Below, piece by piece: positions 13,055 through 20,887 of a stretch of DNA of 32,000 bases. The stretch spans positions 4,230,001 through 4,262,000 of the forward strand of contig NC_009664.2 of NCBI RefSeq assembly GCF_000017305.1. Direction: 5' to 3'. Under the pieces are notes generated by a model. The model saw nothing but the letters and a program-made list of their open reading frames with translations. It did not search any database and was not told the DNA's origin. The position numbers and the translations under genes were made by a program. Source of the DNA: Kineococcus radiotolerans SRS30216 = ATCC BAA-149 (GTDB lineage: Bacteria > Actinomycetota > Actinomycetes > Actinomycetales > Kineococcaceae). Numbering within the stretch: the first letter of the stretch is position 1; every line of letters begins with the position of its first letter.

Positions 13055-14293
13055 GTGCGCCGCGAGACCTCGCCGGTGCGGCCCGGGTGGCGCGCCACCG
13101 TCGAGGGGCAGGGGCTGGCGTACGCCGTGGCGCGCGGCGGGGACGGCACCGAGCGCCTCTACTGGGACGAGTCGGCGGCCTACGTCGTCGACGTGGCCGA
13201 GGCCGACGAGCTGGAGCGCGTCACCGAGGAGCTGCACGGGATGGCGGTGACCGCGGCCCGCCGCGTCCTGGACGACGACCGGTTGTGGGCGAGCCTCGGT
13301 CTACCCGCTCACGCCCGTCCGACGTTGCGCCGTTCCCTGGACGCCGCTCCCGACGCCGGTCCCGCCGGGGGTTCGCTGTACGGCCGGCTGGACCTCGCCT
13401 TCGACGGCAGCGGCCCGCCGCTGCTGCTGGAGCACAACGCCGACACCCCCACCGCCCTGGTGGAGGCCTCGGTGGTGCAGTGGTACTGGCTGGAGGACCT
13501 GCACCCGGACTGCGACCAGGTGAACACGTTGCACGAGCGGCTGGTGCGGGCGTGGCAGCGGATGCTGCCCGGGCACGCGGGGGGTCTGGTCCACCTCGCG
13601 GCCGGGCAGACCGAACCGACCGAGGACTGGGTGACGGTGGCGTACCTGCGCGACACCGTCCGCGAGGCGGGGTTCACCGACGTCGGTCTGCGGGTGGAGG
13701 ACCTCGGCTGGTGGGAGGAGGGCGGGCGGTTCGTCGACCTGGACGGTCGGGTCGTCGACGTCTGCTACCGGCTGTACCCGTGGGAGTGGATGTTCGCCGA
13801 GCGCTTCGGTCCGCTGCTGGACCACCCGTCGGCGCGGGTGCGGTGGGTGGAGCCGCCGTGGAAGGCGCTGCTGGCGTCGAAGACGTTGCTGGTGGCGTTG
13901 TGGCAGGAGTTCGAGGGCCATCCGAACCTGCTGCCCGCGTGGCTGGACGAACCCCGCCCGGGAACCCCGGAGGCGCGGCGGGGGTACGTGTCGAAACCCG
14001 TCTACGGGTGGGAGGGGGCCGGCATCCGGATCACCGCGCCCGGGATCGACGTCACCACCGACCCCGCCCACACCGGCGGCCAGGCCCTGGTGCACCAGGC
14101 GTTCACCGAGCTGGCCGACTTCGACGGGAACCACCCCGTGATCGGCAGCTGGCTGGTGGCGGGGGAGGCCGCGGGACTGGGGTTCCGCGAGTCCACGTCG
14201 CTGGTCACCGACACCGCCGCCCGGTTCGTCCCCCACCGCCTCGACGCTCCCCGCTCCACCCCGGAGCAGGTCGCGTCCTGGCTGGCCGACTGA
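13055..14293 (+). CDS. glutathionylspermidine synthase-like ATP-grasp amide ligase (YjfC/YgiC family)
   Basis: Track ORF of 412 aa. It carries motifs typical of the GspS synthetase-domain family: YGRLDLAFDGSGPPLLLEHNADTPTALVEASVVQWYW, CYRLYPWEWM, WKALLASKTLLVALWQ, YVSKPVYGWEGAGI, VHQAF. Confidence 0.85.
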   Translation: MRRETSPVRPGWRATVEGQGLAYAVARGGDGTERLYWDESAAYVVDVAEADELERVTEELHGMAVTAARRVLDDDRLWASLGLPAHARPTLRRSLDAAPDAGPAGGSLYGRLDLAFDGSGPPLLLEHNADTPTALVEASVVQWYWLEDLHPDCDQVNTLHERLVRAWQRMLPGHAGGLVHLAAGQTEPTEDWVTVAYLRDTVREAGFTDVGLRVEDLGWWEEGGRFVDLDGRVVDVCYRLYPWEWMFAERFGPLLDHPSARVRWVEPPWKALLASKTLLVALWQEFEGHPNLLPAWLDEPRPGTPEARRGYVSKPVYGWEGAGIRITAPGIDVTTDPAHTGGQALVHQAFTELADFDGNHPVIGSWLVAGEAAGLGFRESTSLVTDTAARFVPHRLDAPRSTPEQVASWLAD

Positions 14294-14343
14294 CCCGCCT
14301 CCCGCACCGCCCGCCCACCACGACCCGCCACCGAGGAGAACAA

Positions 14344-14760
14344 GTGCTCGCCAGCCTGGGACACGCCACCGCCTACTCGCTCGTGGGGATGGCGCTGCTC
14401 GTCGTGGGTTTCGTCGTCCTCGACCTCCTCACCCCCGGCAAGCTCGCCGAGCAGATCTGGGTGCACCGCTCCGCCAACGCCGCCGTCGTCGTCTCCTGCG
14501 GGTTCATCGGGCTCGGCCTGGTGGTGTTCGCCGCGATCTGGACGAACGGGGAGGCCAGCCTCGGCTCCGCGCTGGGCTGGACGGTCGCCTTCGGCCTGCT
14601 CGGCGTGCTCCTGCAGGCCCTGGCCGGGGCGGTGCTGGAACTGCTCACCCCCGGCCGGATGCGCGACGTCCTCGTTGCGCGGGAACTGCACCCGGGCAGC
14701 GTCGTGCTGGGCGCCGCGCAGCTCGCGGTGTCCTTCGTCGTCGTCGCCTCCATCTGGTGA
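14344..14760 (+). CDS. DUF350 (YjfL-like) membrane protein
   Basis: GTG 14344 is preceded by GAGGAG (14333-14338), in the frame of track ORF 13087..14760. There are two internal DUF350-type halves (VVLDLLTPGKLAEQIWVHRSANAAVVV... and AVLELLTPGRMRDVLVARELHPGSVVL...) and four TM segments. Confidence 0.8.
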   Translation: MLASLGHATAYSLVGMALLVVGFVVLDLLTPGKLAEQIWVHRSANAAVVVSCGFIGLGLVVFAAIWTNGEASLGSALGWTVAFGLLGVLLQALAGAVLELLTPGRMRDVLVARELHPGSVVLGAAQLAVSFVVVASIW

Positions 14761-14890
14761 GACGCCGCGCGGGGACGTCGGCGGGACCGCGACGCCCGTC
14801 GCCCCTCCCGGGTGGCGGGGTGATCGTGCGGCTGGGGCGCTGCCGGCCCACCCTCACCGCCGGCGCCGCCCGACGGGAGCGGGTCGACCG

Positions 14891-15253
14891 CTAGGGCTGA
14901 GCGGCGGCGCGCTCCACGACCCCACCGCTGTGCACGGGGCGCACCTCGACGCCGCCGCCCTCGCGGAGCACGGGGTTGGTGGCGGCGATGGCCAGCGCCG
15001 CGTCCAGGTCGGGCGCCTCGACGACGTAGAAGCCGACGACGACCTCGGGGGAGTCGACGAACGGCCCCCTGGTGACCGAGCCCGCTCGCAGCGAGGTCGC
15101 CGCGTCCCGTGGGGTCAGGGCGTAGGCGGCGAGCATCGCATCCGAGACGGCCAGTTCGTCGGCGTGCTGGTCGCAGGAGGCGGTGGCGGCTGCGGCGGCG
15201 CCCGGTGCGTGGGCGGAGTCCCGGGCGTAGATCAGGACGGCGTACTGAGCCAC
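14891..15253 (-). CDS. YciI-like (YCII/DGPF domain) protein
   Basis: GTG 15253 is preceded by GAGAGGAGAG. The sequence begins VAQYAVLIYARD and continues ...TRGPFVDSPEVVVGFYVVEAPDLDAALAIAATNPVLREGGGVEVRPV, which is the YCII pattern. The track ORF starts 14 codons further upstream. Confidence 0.8.
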   Translation of the reverse strand: MAQYAVLIYARDSAHAPGAAAAATASCDQHADELAVSDAMLAAYALTPRDAATSLRAGSVTRGPFVDSPEVVVGFYVVEAPDLDAALAIAATNPVLREGGGVEVRPVHSGGVVERAAAQP

Positions 15254-15395
15254 GGCGGCTCTCCTCTCGGGGGCGGACCCGGTGCCGGGGTGCACTGGCT
15301 GCGGCCAGGTCTACCGAGGGCCTCCGACAATGCGGCGGACGGGCCGGCCACCGCCCGACGACGGAACCGCCGGGCGCCGGCCGCGGGCAGCGGGG

Positions 15396-16358
15396 TCAGT
15401 CCGCGGGGGTGACGCCGAACCAGGCGCGGGCCAGCGCGGGCAGGGTGGGCGCGGGCGGTCGCGGGAGGAACGCGAAGTACGCGCTCACGTCGCCGAAGCG
15501 GTGCAGGAGGGTCCACGTCAGCAGCCGGCGGCTCAGGTCCTCGTCGAGCCGGGTCGCGTCGTAGCCGTAGGCGGTCAACGCCTCCCGCAGGACGGTGGGG
15601 TCGCCCTCGGCCATGAAGACGGCGATCGCGACGAGTTCGTACTCGTGGTGACCGCGCATGGCCGGCTCGAAGTCGCAGACACCGGAGAGGGACCACCGCC
15701 CGTCCGCGTCCGGCGCGGCGAGCAGGTTGGCGGGCATGACCTCGGTGTGCAGCAGCACCTCCGGCCCGGGGAGGAGGGGGGTCCGGTCGAGGAAGTCGTC
15801 GATCTGCTCCGACCACGGCTGCGGGAGTCCCCACCGCTGGTGGCGCTGCCGCGCGGTGACCCGCTGCCCGTCCACGAACCCGGCCCAGTCCTGCGGCCAC
15901 CAGTCCTCGACGGTCGGTGGGCTCACCCGGTGCAGCGCGCGGGACAGGGCGCCGGCCTGCGCCGCCAGCCGGCGGCGGTCCCCGCGGGTCAGGTCCTTCC
16001 ACACCGAGGACAGGTCGTGCCCGGGGAGCCGGTCCATGAGCACGTAGCGCCAGCCGTCGTGGATCCCGTCGGCGTGCACGGCGGGGGTGGGGACGGGGAG
16101 TCGTCCGGTGACCGCCCGCAGCGCCGCGGCTTCCACCGAGGCGGCGGCGGCGTGCACGGGTGGGAAGAGCTTGAGGACGAGGTGGCCGTCGGCGTAGACG
16201 GGCAGCGACCCGTTCGGCAACCGACGCAGGCGCGCGGTGGGCAGACCGAGGCTGCGGGCCAGGGCGTCGACGCCGGGGCGCAGGGCGCTCTCGTCGCGAA
16301 CGACGGCGTGGAGGGCGTCCTCGGTCGTGAGGGCGGGGAGTCGCTCCGGTCGGGTCAC
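15396..16358 (-). CDS. aminoglycoside-phosphotransferase (APH)/kinase-fold family protein, atypical catalytic loop
   Basis: Track ORF of 320 aa. The kinase-fold motifs are LVLKLFPP (Lys), VLLHTEVMPANLL (HxDxxxxN position, with E in place of D) and GVCDFEPAMRGHHEYELV (DFG/DxD-like region). Confidence 0.7.
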   Translation of the reverse strand: MTRPERLPALTTEDALHAVVRDESALRPGVDALARSLGLPTARLRRLPNGSLPVYADGHLVLKLFPPVHAAAASVEAAALRAVTGRLPVPTPAVHADGIHDGWRYVLMDRLPGHDLSSVWKDLTRGDRRRLAAQAGALSRALHRVSPPTVEDWWPQDWAGFVDGQRVTARQRHQRWGLPQPWSEQIDDFLDRTPLLPGPEVLLHTEVMPANLLAAPDADGRWSLSGVCDFEPAMRGHHEYELVAIAVFMAEGDPTVLREALTAYGYDATRLDEDLSRRLLTWTLLHRFGDVSAYFAFLPRPPAPTLPALARAWFGVTPAD

Positions 16359-16476
16359 GGCTCGAAGCCTGTCGAGCGGTGCGTCGCCCCGGCCAGGGGT
16401 TTTCCGCCGGTGAGGCGCTGCTGCGGCGGCTGGCCGACCCCGACCGCGGTTCCCGCCTCGACGACGGAGCCTGAGC

Positions 16477-16944
16477 TCAACGGGTCGACGACGCGCCGGT
16501 CCTGGGCGCGAGGCACCAGGGCCCCAGGGCCCACGCGACGGCGGCAGCGGCCGCCCCCACCCCGATGCTCACCGCGGCCCGGCTCGCCCACGCCTGCGGG
16601 GGCCAGGTGAACCACCCAGCCCACCCGACGAGCGCTCCGCAGGTCACGACCAGCGCGGCGCGCGCTGCCCGCGGACGGGTCCTCGTCAGCGGAGCGGCCA
16701 GGGCACCGGCGACGGCCCCGGTCACCCCACCCACGACCACGCCGACGAGGCAGCCGAAGACGCCGCCGTGGAAGAGGGCGCTGGCGAGGGGGAAACCCTC
16801 GTCGCCGATGAGGGAGAGGGCGCCCACGACGGCGCCGCCGAGGGCACCGCACCCCAGCCCCGCCACCACCGTGCGTCCCGGGGTGGAACGCGGCCACTCC
16901 TCGAAGGTGTCGACGTGGGCATCGCGGGTGTTCACGGGGTCCAC
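16477..16944 (-). CDS. hypothetical Gly/Ala-rich integral membrane protein
   Basis: Track ORF of 155 aa with strong G/C third-position bias. It has four hydrophobic glycine-zipper-like segments (VVAGLGCGALGGAVVGAL, GGVFGCLVGVVVGGVTGAVAGAL, ...). Confidence 0.6.
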   Translation of the reverse strand: MDPVNTRDAHVDTFEEWPRSTPGRTVVAGLGCGALGGAVVGALSLIGDEGFPLASALFHGGVFGCLVGVVVGGVTGAVAGALAAPLTRTRPRAARAALVVTCGALVGWAGWFTWPPQAWASRAAVSIGVGAAAAAVAWALGPWCLAPRTGASSTR

Positions 16945-17094
16945 GGTGCCGCAGCGGCGCCCTCCCGGACGGGGAACGCCGGAACTGCTCCTCGCGTCTC
17001 ACGCGGCGTGCGGATTCGTCGGCTCCTCACGGCCACCGGGCGGCCGATGTCGCGGCGGTGACGAGCGCGCCGGACCGCGGGCGGGTCGGGGTGA

Positions 17095-17772
17095 TCACGG
17101 GACCGCGTCGGGTGGGGTGACGTGGCGCAGCGAGTATCGCCAGAACAGGTGCCGCCGCACCACGGCGCCGGGAACCTGCCGGCGGGCGACGTCGCGGATC
17201 TCGCGCAGGGTCGTGCCGGCGGGAGCGGTCGGTGCCGACATCGCGACGGGGCGCTGGGCGGATCCTCGCCGCCGGGTCTTCACCGTGCCCACGACGAGGT
17301 TCGCGGGGACGGCCACCGCGCTGAGCAGGTGGTCGGAGGCGGTCTCCTCGCGGTAGACGCCGATGACCAGCAGCGTGCCTCCCGGGGCCAGCAGCTGACG
17401 CAGCCTGCGCAGGGCCGGTTCGAAGGGGACGTGGTGCAGCACCGTCAGGGCGGTGACGACGTCGTAACCGCCGGGCAGGTCCGCGGTCAGCAGGTCTCCG
17501 CAGCGGAAGTCGACGTCGCGCTCGCGGGCCGACAGGCGCCGGGCGGTGTCGATGCCGGCGGGGTCGACGTCGAGTCCGGTGACGTGGCCGGCGCGCAGGG
17601 CGAGCCGGCGGGCCAGGTCACCGGTGCCGCAGCCGACGTCCAGGGCGGTGCCGATGCGGTCGGGGAGGTGGCGTTCGATCCAGCGGTGGTGGTGCGCGTT
17701 GTGGTCCCAGGGGTGCCTCCGGTTCCACTCCTCGCACCAGGCCCGTGCTCGCCGGCCGGCCGCTGTCACCAC
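17095..17772 (-). CDS. class I SAM-dependent methyltransferase
   Basis: Track ORF of 225 aa. Motif I is ALDVGCGTGDLARRL, the acidic loop is VTGLDVD, the post-I element is DFRCGDLL, and motif II/III is YDVVTALTVLHHV...LAPGGTLLV. Confidence 0.85.
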   Translation of the reverse strand: MVTAAGRRARAWCEEWNRRHPWDHNAHHHRWIERHLPDRIGTALDVGCGTGDLARRLALRAGHVTGLDVDPAGIDTARRLSARERDVDFRCGDLLTADLPGGYDVVTALTVLHHVPFEPALRRLRQLLAPGGTLLVIGVYREETASDHLLSAVAVPANLVVGTVKTRRRGSAQRPVAMSAPTAPAGTTLREIRDVARRQVPGAVVRRHLFWRYSLRHVTPPDAVP

Positions 17773-17824
17773 CGCGCTCCGCCTCCACCGTCGTGCTGCG
17801 CCCCCCGGGGGACGACCGGCCGCC

Positions 17825-18391
17825 TCACTGCGCGCGAGCTGCCCGCGCCCGTGCCTTGATCTCCAGGATGACGTCGGTCTTGGCGTCGGCGTAGGCGTTC
17901 GTGTCGTCCCACCGCTGGCTCAGCAGCGCCCTCTTGGTGCTCTCGTACAGGGCGCGGTCGTCCGCGTCGGCCCGCAGGTGGTCGCGCAGCAGGAGGTACT
18001 CCCCGACGGCGGGGTCGTCGCGCTCGTACAGGTGGACGTGGACGTCGCGCGCCGGTGTGCGCACGAGGCGGTGCCCCGGCTCGCGCACCCGCAGTTGGTA
18101 CCCGGCGGCCAGGAGCGCGTCGAGGTGGTCCTCCTCGGCGGTGATGTCGTCCACCGCGACCACGATGTCGACGATCGGCTTGGCGGCCAGCCCGGGCACG
18201 GAGGTCGAACCGATGTGCTCGATCTCGACGTCCACGGCGGCGAGGGCCTCCTCGATCCGCGCCCGGTGCCACCGGTAGGTGTCCGCCCACCGCTCGTCGT
18301 GGTCGTGCAGCTCCAGCTCGAGCGCCTCGGCACCCCCGACGAGTTCCACGGCGGTGATGTCGGCTCGGCGCGGTGTGCGGCTGTTCCTCAC
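17825..18391 (-). CDS. GrpB (UPF0157) family protein
   Basis: The sequence IEHIGSTSVPGLAAKPIVDIVVAV...HVHLYERDDPAVGEYLLLRDHLRADADDRALYESTKRAL is the GrpB signature. The start is uncertain: I chose GTG 18391, whereas the track ORF begins at 18490. Confidence 0.8.
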   Translation of the reverse strand: MRNSRTPRRADITAVELVGGAEALELELHDHDERWADTYRWHRARIEEALAAVDVEIEHIGSTSVPGLAAKPIVDIVVAVDDITAEEDHLDALLAAGYQLRVREPGHRLVRTPARDVHVHLYERDDPAVGEYLLLRDHLRADADDRALYESTKRALLSQRWDDTNAYADAKTDVILEIKARARAARAQ

Positions 18392-18695
18392 CCGGGCATT
18401 CTCGCCGACGCCGATCGACGTGGTGGCCGGGTGCCCCTGGGTTCCTGCGGCCTGCGGGAGGCTGGAGCGGCACCCGCTGGTGTCGTCCACCAGTGCGTCG
18501 AACGCGTCGGCACCGCCGGCCCCCCGGAAGGGCCCCGCACCCCGTCGACGCAGCCCGGGAGCGCTCTATCGCCGTCGTGCGGCTCCCGACCTCCGCGCGG
18601 CTCGCGAGGGCCCGGCCTCGACCGCGGGGACGGGAGTGTCCACTCTCACAGCGAGCGGGGTGGCAGGCCCACGGGCGTCGCGGGACCGTGAGCGG

Positions 18696-20144
18696 GTGAG
18701 CTCCCCGACGCCCCCCGACGTCCCGACCTCCCCGTCCCCGGCCCGTGGTGACGCGGTCGACTCCTACGACGTGGTGGTGGTCGGCGGTGGCCCGGCCGGG
18801 GTCTCGGCCGCGGTCCGCGCCGCCGAGCTCGGCGCCCGGACGGCCCTGCTGGAGGGGTCCCGCACCGGTGGGACCTGCGTGAACACCGGCTGCGTGCCGA
18901 CGCGGGTGCTGGCCAAGACGGCCCGGCTCGTCCGCGAGGTGCGCACGGCCGCGGAGTACGGGATCGCGGTGCCGCAGCAGAGCGTGGACTGGCCCGCGAC
19001 GGTCGCCCGCGTCCGCGCCACCGTGGAACGGGTGCAGGCCGCGAAGGCGGACCCGCAGCGGCTGGCCGACCTCGGCGTCGACCTGGTGCTGGAGGGCCGC
19101 GCGCGCTTCGTCGACCCGCACGTGCTGGAGCTCGCCGCGACCGGGCGGCGGGTGCGCGGCGAGAGCGTCGTGCTGTGCGTCGGTGGGCGCTCCCGGCGGC
19201 TGCCGCTGCCCGGGGCGGAACTCGCGACGTACCCCGAGACCGTGCTGGAGCTCCCGTCCCTGCCCCGGCGCCTCGCCGTCGTGGGCGCGGGCAACACCGG
19301 CTCGCAGCTCGTGACCGTCTTCCGCGCCCTGGGCAGCGAGGTGCAGCTGCTGGACCTCGCCCCGCGGGTCCTGCCGACGGCCGACGCCGACGTCTCGCAC
19401 GCCGTGCGGCGCGCGTTCGAGGAGCAGGGCGTCCGGGTGGCGACGGGCATCGACGCGGTGCACTCCCTGCGCCGGCGCGCCGACGGGGCGATCGACCTGG
19501 CGTGGTCGCAGGGCGGCACGCGCTCCGAGGAGGCGTTCGACGCGGTCGTGATGAGCGTCGGCTGGCCCGCGGCGCTGGACGGGTTGGGCCTGGAGGCCGC
19601 CGGGATCGAGGTCACCCGCTCCGCCGTCGCGGTCGACGAGCACCTGCGCACGTCCGTTCCCCACGTGTTCGCCGCGGGCGACGCGAACGGTCAGGCGATG
19701 CTCGTCCAGGCCGCCCACGCCGAGGCGGAGGCCGCCGCCACCAACGCCGTCCTGGGCGCGACCCGCCGCACCCCCCACCTGCTGCTGCCGTCGGGGGGTT
19801 TCACGGACCCGGACTACGCGGGGGTGGGGCTCACCGAGGACGAGGCACGGGCGCGGGACCCGCACTGCCTCGTGGTGACCGTGCCGTTCACGGCGATGGA
19901 GCGCGCCATCATCGACGACCGCACGCGGGGTTTCCTCAAGCTGATCGCCGACCGGCGTCGCGACGTCCTGCTGGGCGCCCACGCCGTGGGGGAGGAGGCC
20001 GTCGAGATCGTGCAGGCCGTGACGACGGCGATGGCCGCGGGCGTCGACGTCGCCACCCTGGCCCGCGTCGAGTTCGCCTACCCCACCTACAGCGCCGTCA
20101 TCGGCGAGGCCGCCCGCCGGCTGATGCGGGCCGCCGTCGCCTGA
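18696..20144 (+). CDS. FAD-dependent pyridine nucleotide-disulfide oxidoreductase (class I, redox-active CxxxxC)
   Basis: This is part of track ORF 18279..20144, with candidate start GTG 18696. The FAD fold is YDVVVVGGGPAGVSAA, the redox disulfide is GGTCVNTGCVPTRVL, the NAD fold is LAVVGAGNTGSQL, and FAAGDANG is present. The dimerisation domain ends EFAYPTYSAVIGEAA, i.e. YPT where Lpd/GR-type enzymes have HPTxxE. Confidence 0.85.
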   Translation: MSSPTPPDVPTSPSPARGDAVDSYDVVVVGGGPAGVSAAVRAAELGARTALLEGSRTGGTCVNTGCVPTRVLAKTARLVREVRTAAEYGIAVPQQSVDWPATVARVRATVERVQAAKADPQRLADLGVDLVLEGRARFVDPHVLELAATGRRVRGESVVLCVGGRSRRLPLPGAELATYPETVLELPSLPRRLAVVGAGNTGSQLVTVFRALGSEVQLLDLAPRVLPTADADVSHAVRRAFEEQGVRVATGIDAVHSLRRRADGAIDLAWSQGGTRSEEAFDAVVMSVGWPAALDGLGLEAAGIEVTRSAVAVDEHLRTSVPHVFAAGDANGQAMLVQAAHAEAEAAATNAVLGATRRTPHLLLPSGGFTDPDYAGVGLTEDEARARDPHCLVVTVPFTAMERAIIDDRTRGFLKLIADRRRDVLLGAHAVGEEAVEIVQAVTTAMAAGVDVATLARVEFAYPTYSAVIGEAARRLMRAAVA

Positions 20145-20249
20145 CACCGCTGCCGCGGTTCCTGCCACGTCAGCGGGACGAGCGCGGTGTCGCAGCGTGC
20201 CCCCGCGGGGGTGGTGAACCCGTCGGGGCCGGCGCCCGGGGCGGAGATG

Positions 20250-20279
20250 TTGACACGGGCGGTCCCCGTCGGGCACGGT
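20250..20279 (+). promoter_or_regulatory. candidate promoter for the riboswitch-led operon
   Basis: A perfect TTGACA (20250-20255) is rare in this GC context. An 18-nt spacer precedes CACGGT (20274-20279), which is a weak -10. The predicted TSS is about 20286, just 5' of the riboswitch. The call rests on sequence pattern only. Confidence 0.3.
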
Positions 20280-20288
20280 GAGCAACGC

Positions 20289-20385
20289 AACCATCAAGAG
20301 CGGCTGAGAGATCTGGCTCCGTGACGCCGCAGCAACCCTCCGCGTGAGCGGGTGTGGGTGCTTCCGCCAGAACCGATGGAGGAAC
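20289..20385 (+). promoter_or_regulatory. S-box riboswitch aptamer (SAM-I / SAM-IV clan)
   Basis: The sequence reads AACCAUC-AAGAG-CGGC-UGAGAGA-UCUGG-CUC-CGUGA-CGCCG-CAGCAACC-CUCCGC-GUGA-GCGGGUGUGGGU-GCUUCCGCCAG-AACC-GAUGG. Conserved S-box blocks AUCAAGAG, GAGRGA...YC...GAUGA-like k-turn halves, GCAACC and GGUGCU are all present. P2a is GCGGC/GCCGC. P2b is GAG/CUC, where the consensus has GGG/CCC, which is a compensatory change. P3 is ACCCUCCGC/GCGGG(UGU)GGGU. The loop CUGG can pair with CCAG (pseudoknot). P1 is CCAUC (20291-20295) / GAUGG (20375-20379). Confidence 0.65.
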
Positions 20386-20386
20386 A

Positions 20387-20473
20387 GTGCTCAACCGTTG
20401 TGATCGTGGTTTCTTCGCTTCCCGTCGTCGCCACGTCGACCACTGCCGTTGCGGCGCAACGGCCTGCCGGTGA
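20387..20473 (+). CDS. candidate 28-codon Cys-rich upstream ORF (leader peptide)
   Basis: GGAGGA (20378-20383), which overlaps the 3' strand of riboswitch P1, is followed by ACA and then GTG 20387. The peptide is MLNRCDRGFFASRRRHVDHCRCGATACR* with TGA at 20471-20473. It has 4 Cys in 28 aa, and 5 of its 8 Arg codons are CGT, which I did not see used elsewhere in the operon. There is no homology evidence. Confidence 0.25.
   Translation: MLNRCDRGFFASRRRHVDHCRCGATACR
20445..20463 (+). terminator. perfect 8-bp GC-rich hairpin inside the uORF 3' end (possible attenuator)
   Basis: Sequence is GCCGTTGC-ggc-GCAACGGC. The 5' arm covers the Cys-Arg-Cys codons TGC CGT TGC. There is no U-tract after it, so an intrinsic-terminator role is unproven. 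Confidence 0.3.
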
Positions 20474-20887
20474 CCCGCTGACGGCTCGCTGCCCCCGGGG
20501 GTAGGTCCGGCGGAGGAGTGGTGCACCGGGGTTCCCGCCCGGTCCTCACCGCTGCTCCCGCGTCGGGTCCCTCCCTGCGGACCCGCTGCGCCGCGAACCA
20601 GGACTCCGCCTCCGGCCGAGACGGTCCACGGCGCGACGCGCCGCGTCGACGCCGGACGGGAACGACCCGGGCCGACCCCCGGTGACGGCGGGCGCGTGAG
20701 CGCGCTGGCCGCCCGAGCACCGGGCACCCCTCCGGCTGCCTCCACCCGGCTCCCTCGGCGAACGCCGATCTCCGTCCTCCCCCGAGTTCCGAGGACCCGT
20801 CCCCCGGGGCGTCCCGACTCGACCCCGTTCTCCCGCACCCCGCTTCTCCACCCCAGAACCCCGGATCACCACAGTTGGAGCCTGCCC

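Noticed and set aside
20200-20211. Palindrome CCCCCGCGGGGG, 55 nt after the oxidoreductase stop, considered as an intrinsic terminator.
   Set aside because: The effective stem is very short (4 bp with a CGCG loop) and there is no U-tract. Such GC palindromes are frequent in this composition, so it is not reported as a feature.
17766-20297. 843-aa minus-strand ORF, and similar long antisense ORFs at 20546..22519, 24305..26158 and 26847..28583.
   Set aside because: All are antisense to homology-supported genes (GrpB/oxidoreductase, SBP, ATPase, CMD protein). All have Arg/Gly/Pro/Asp-rich composition and no recognisable motifs.
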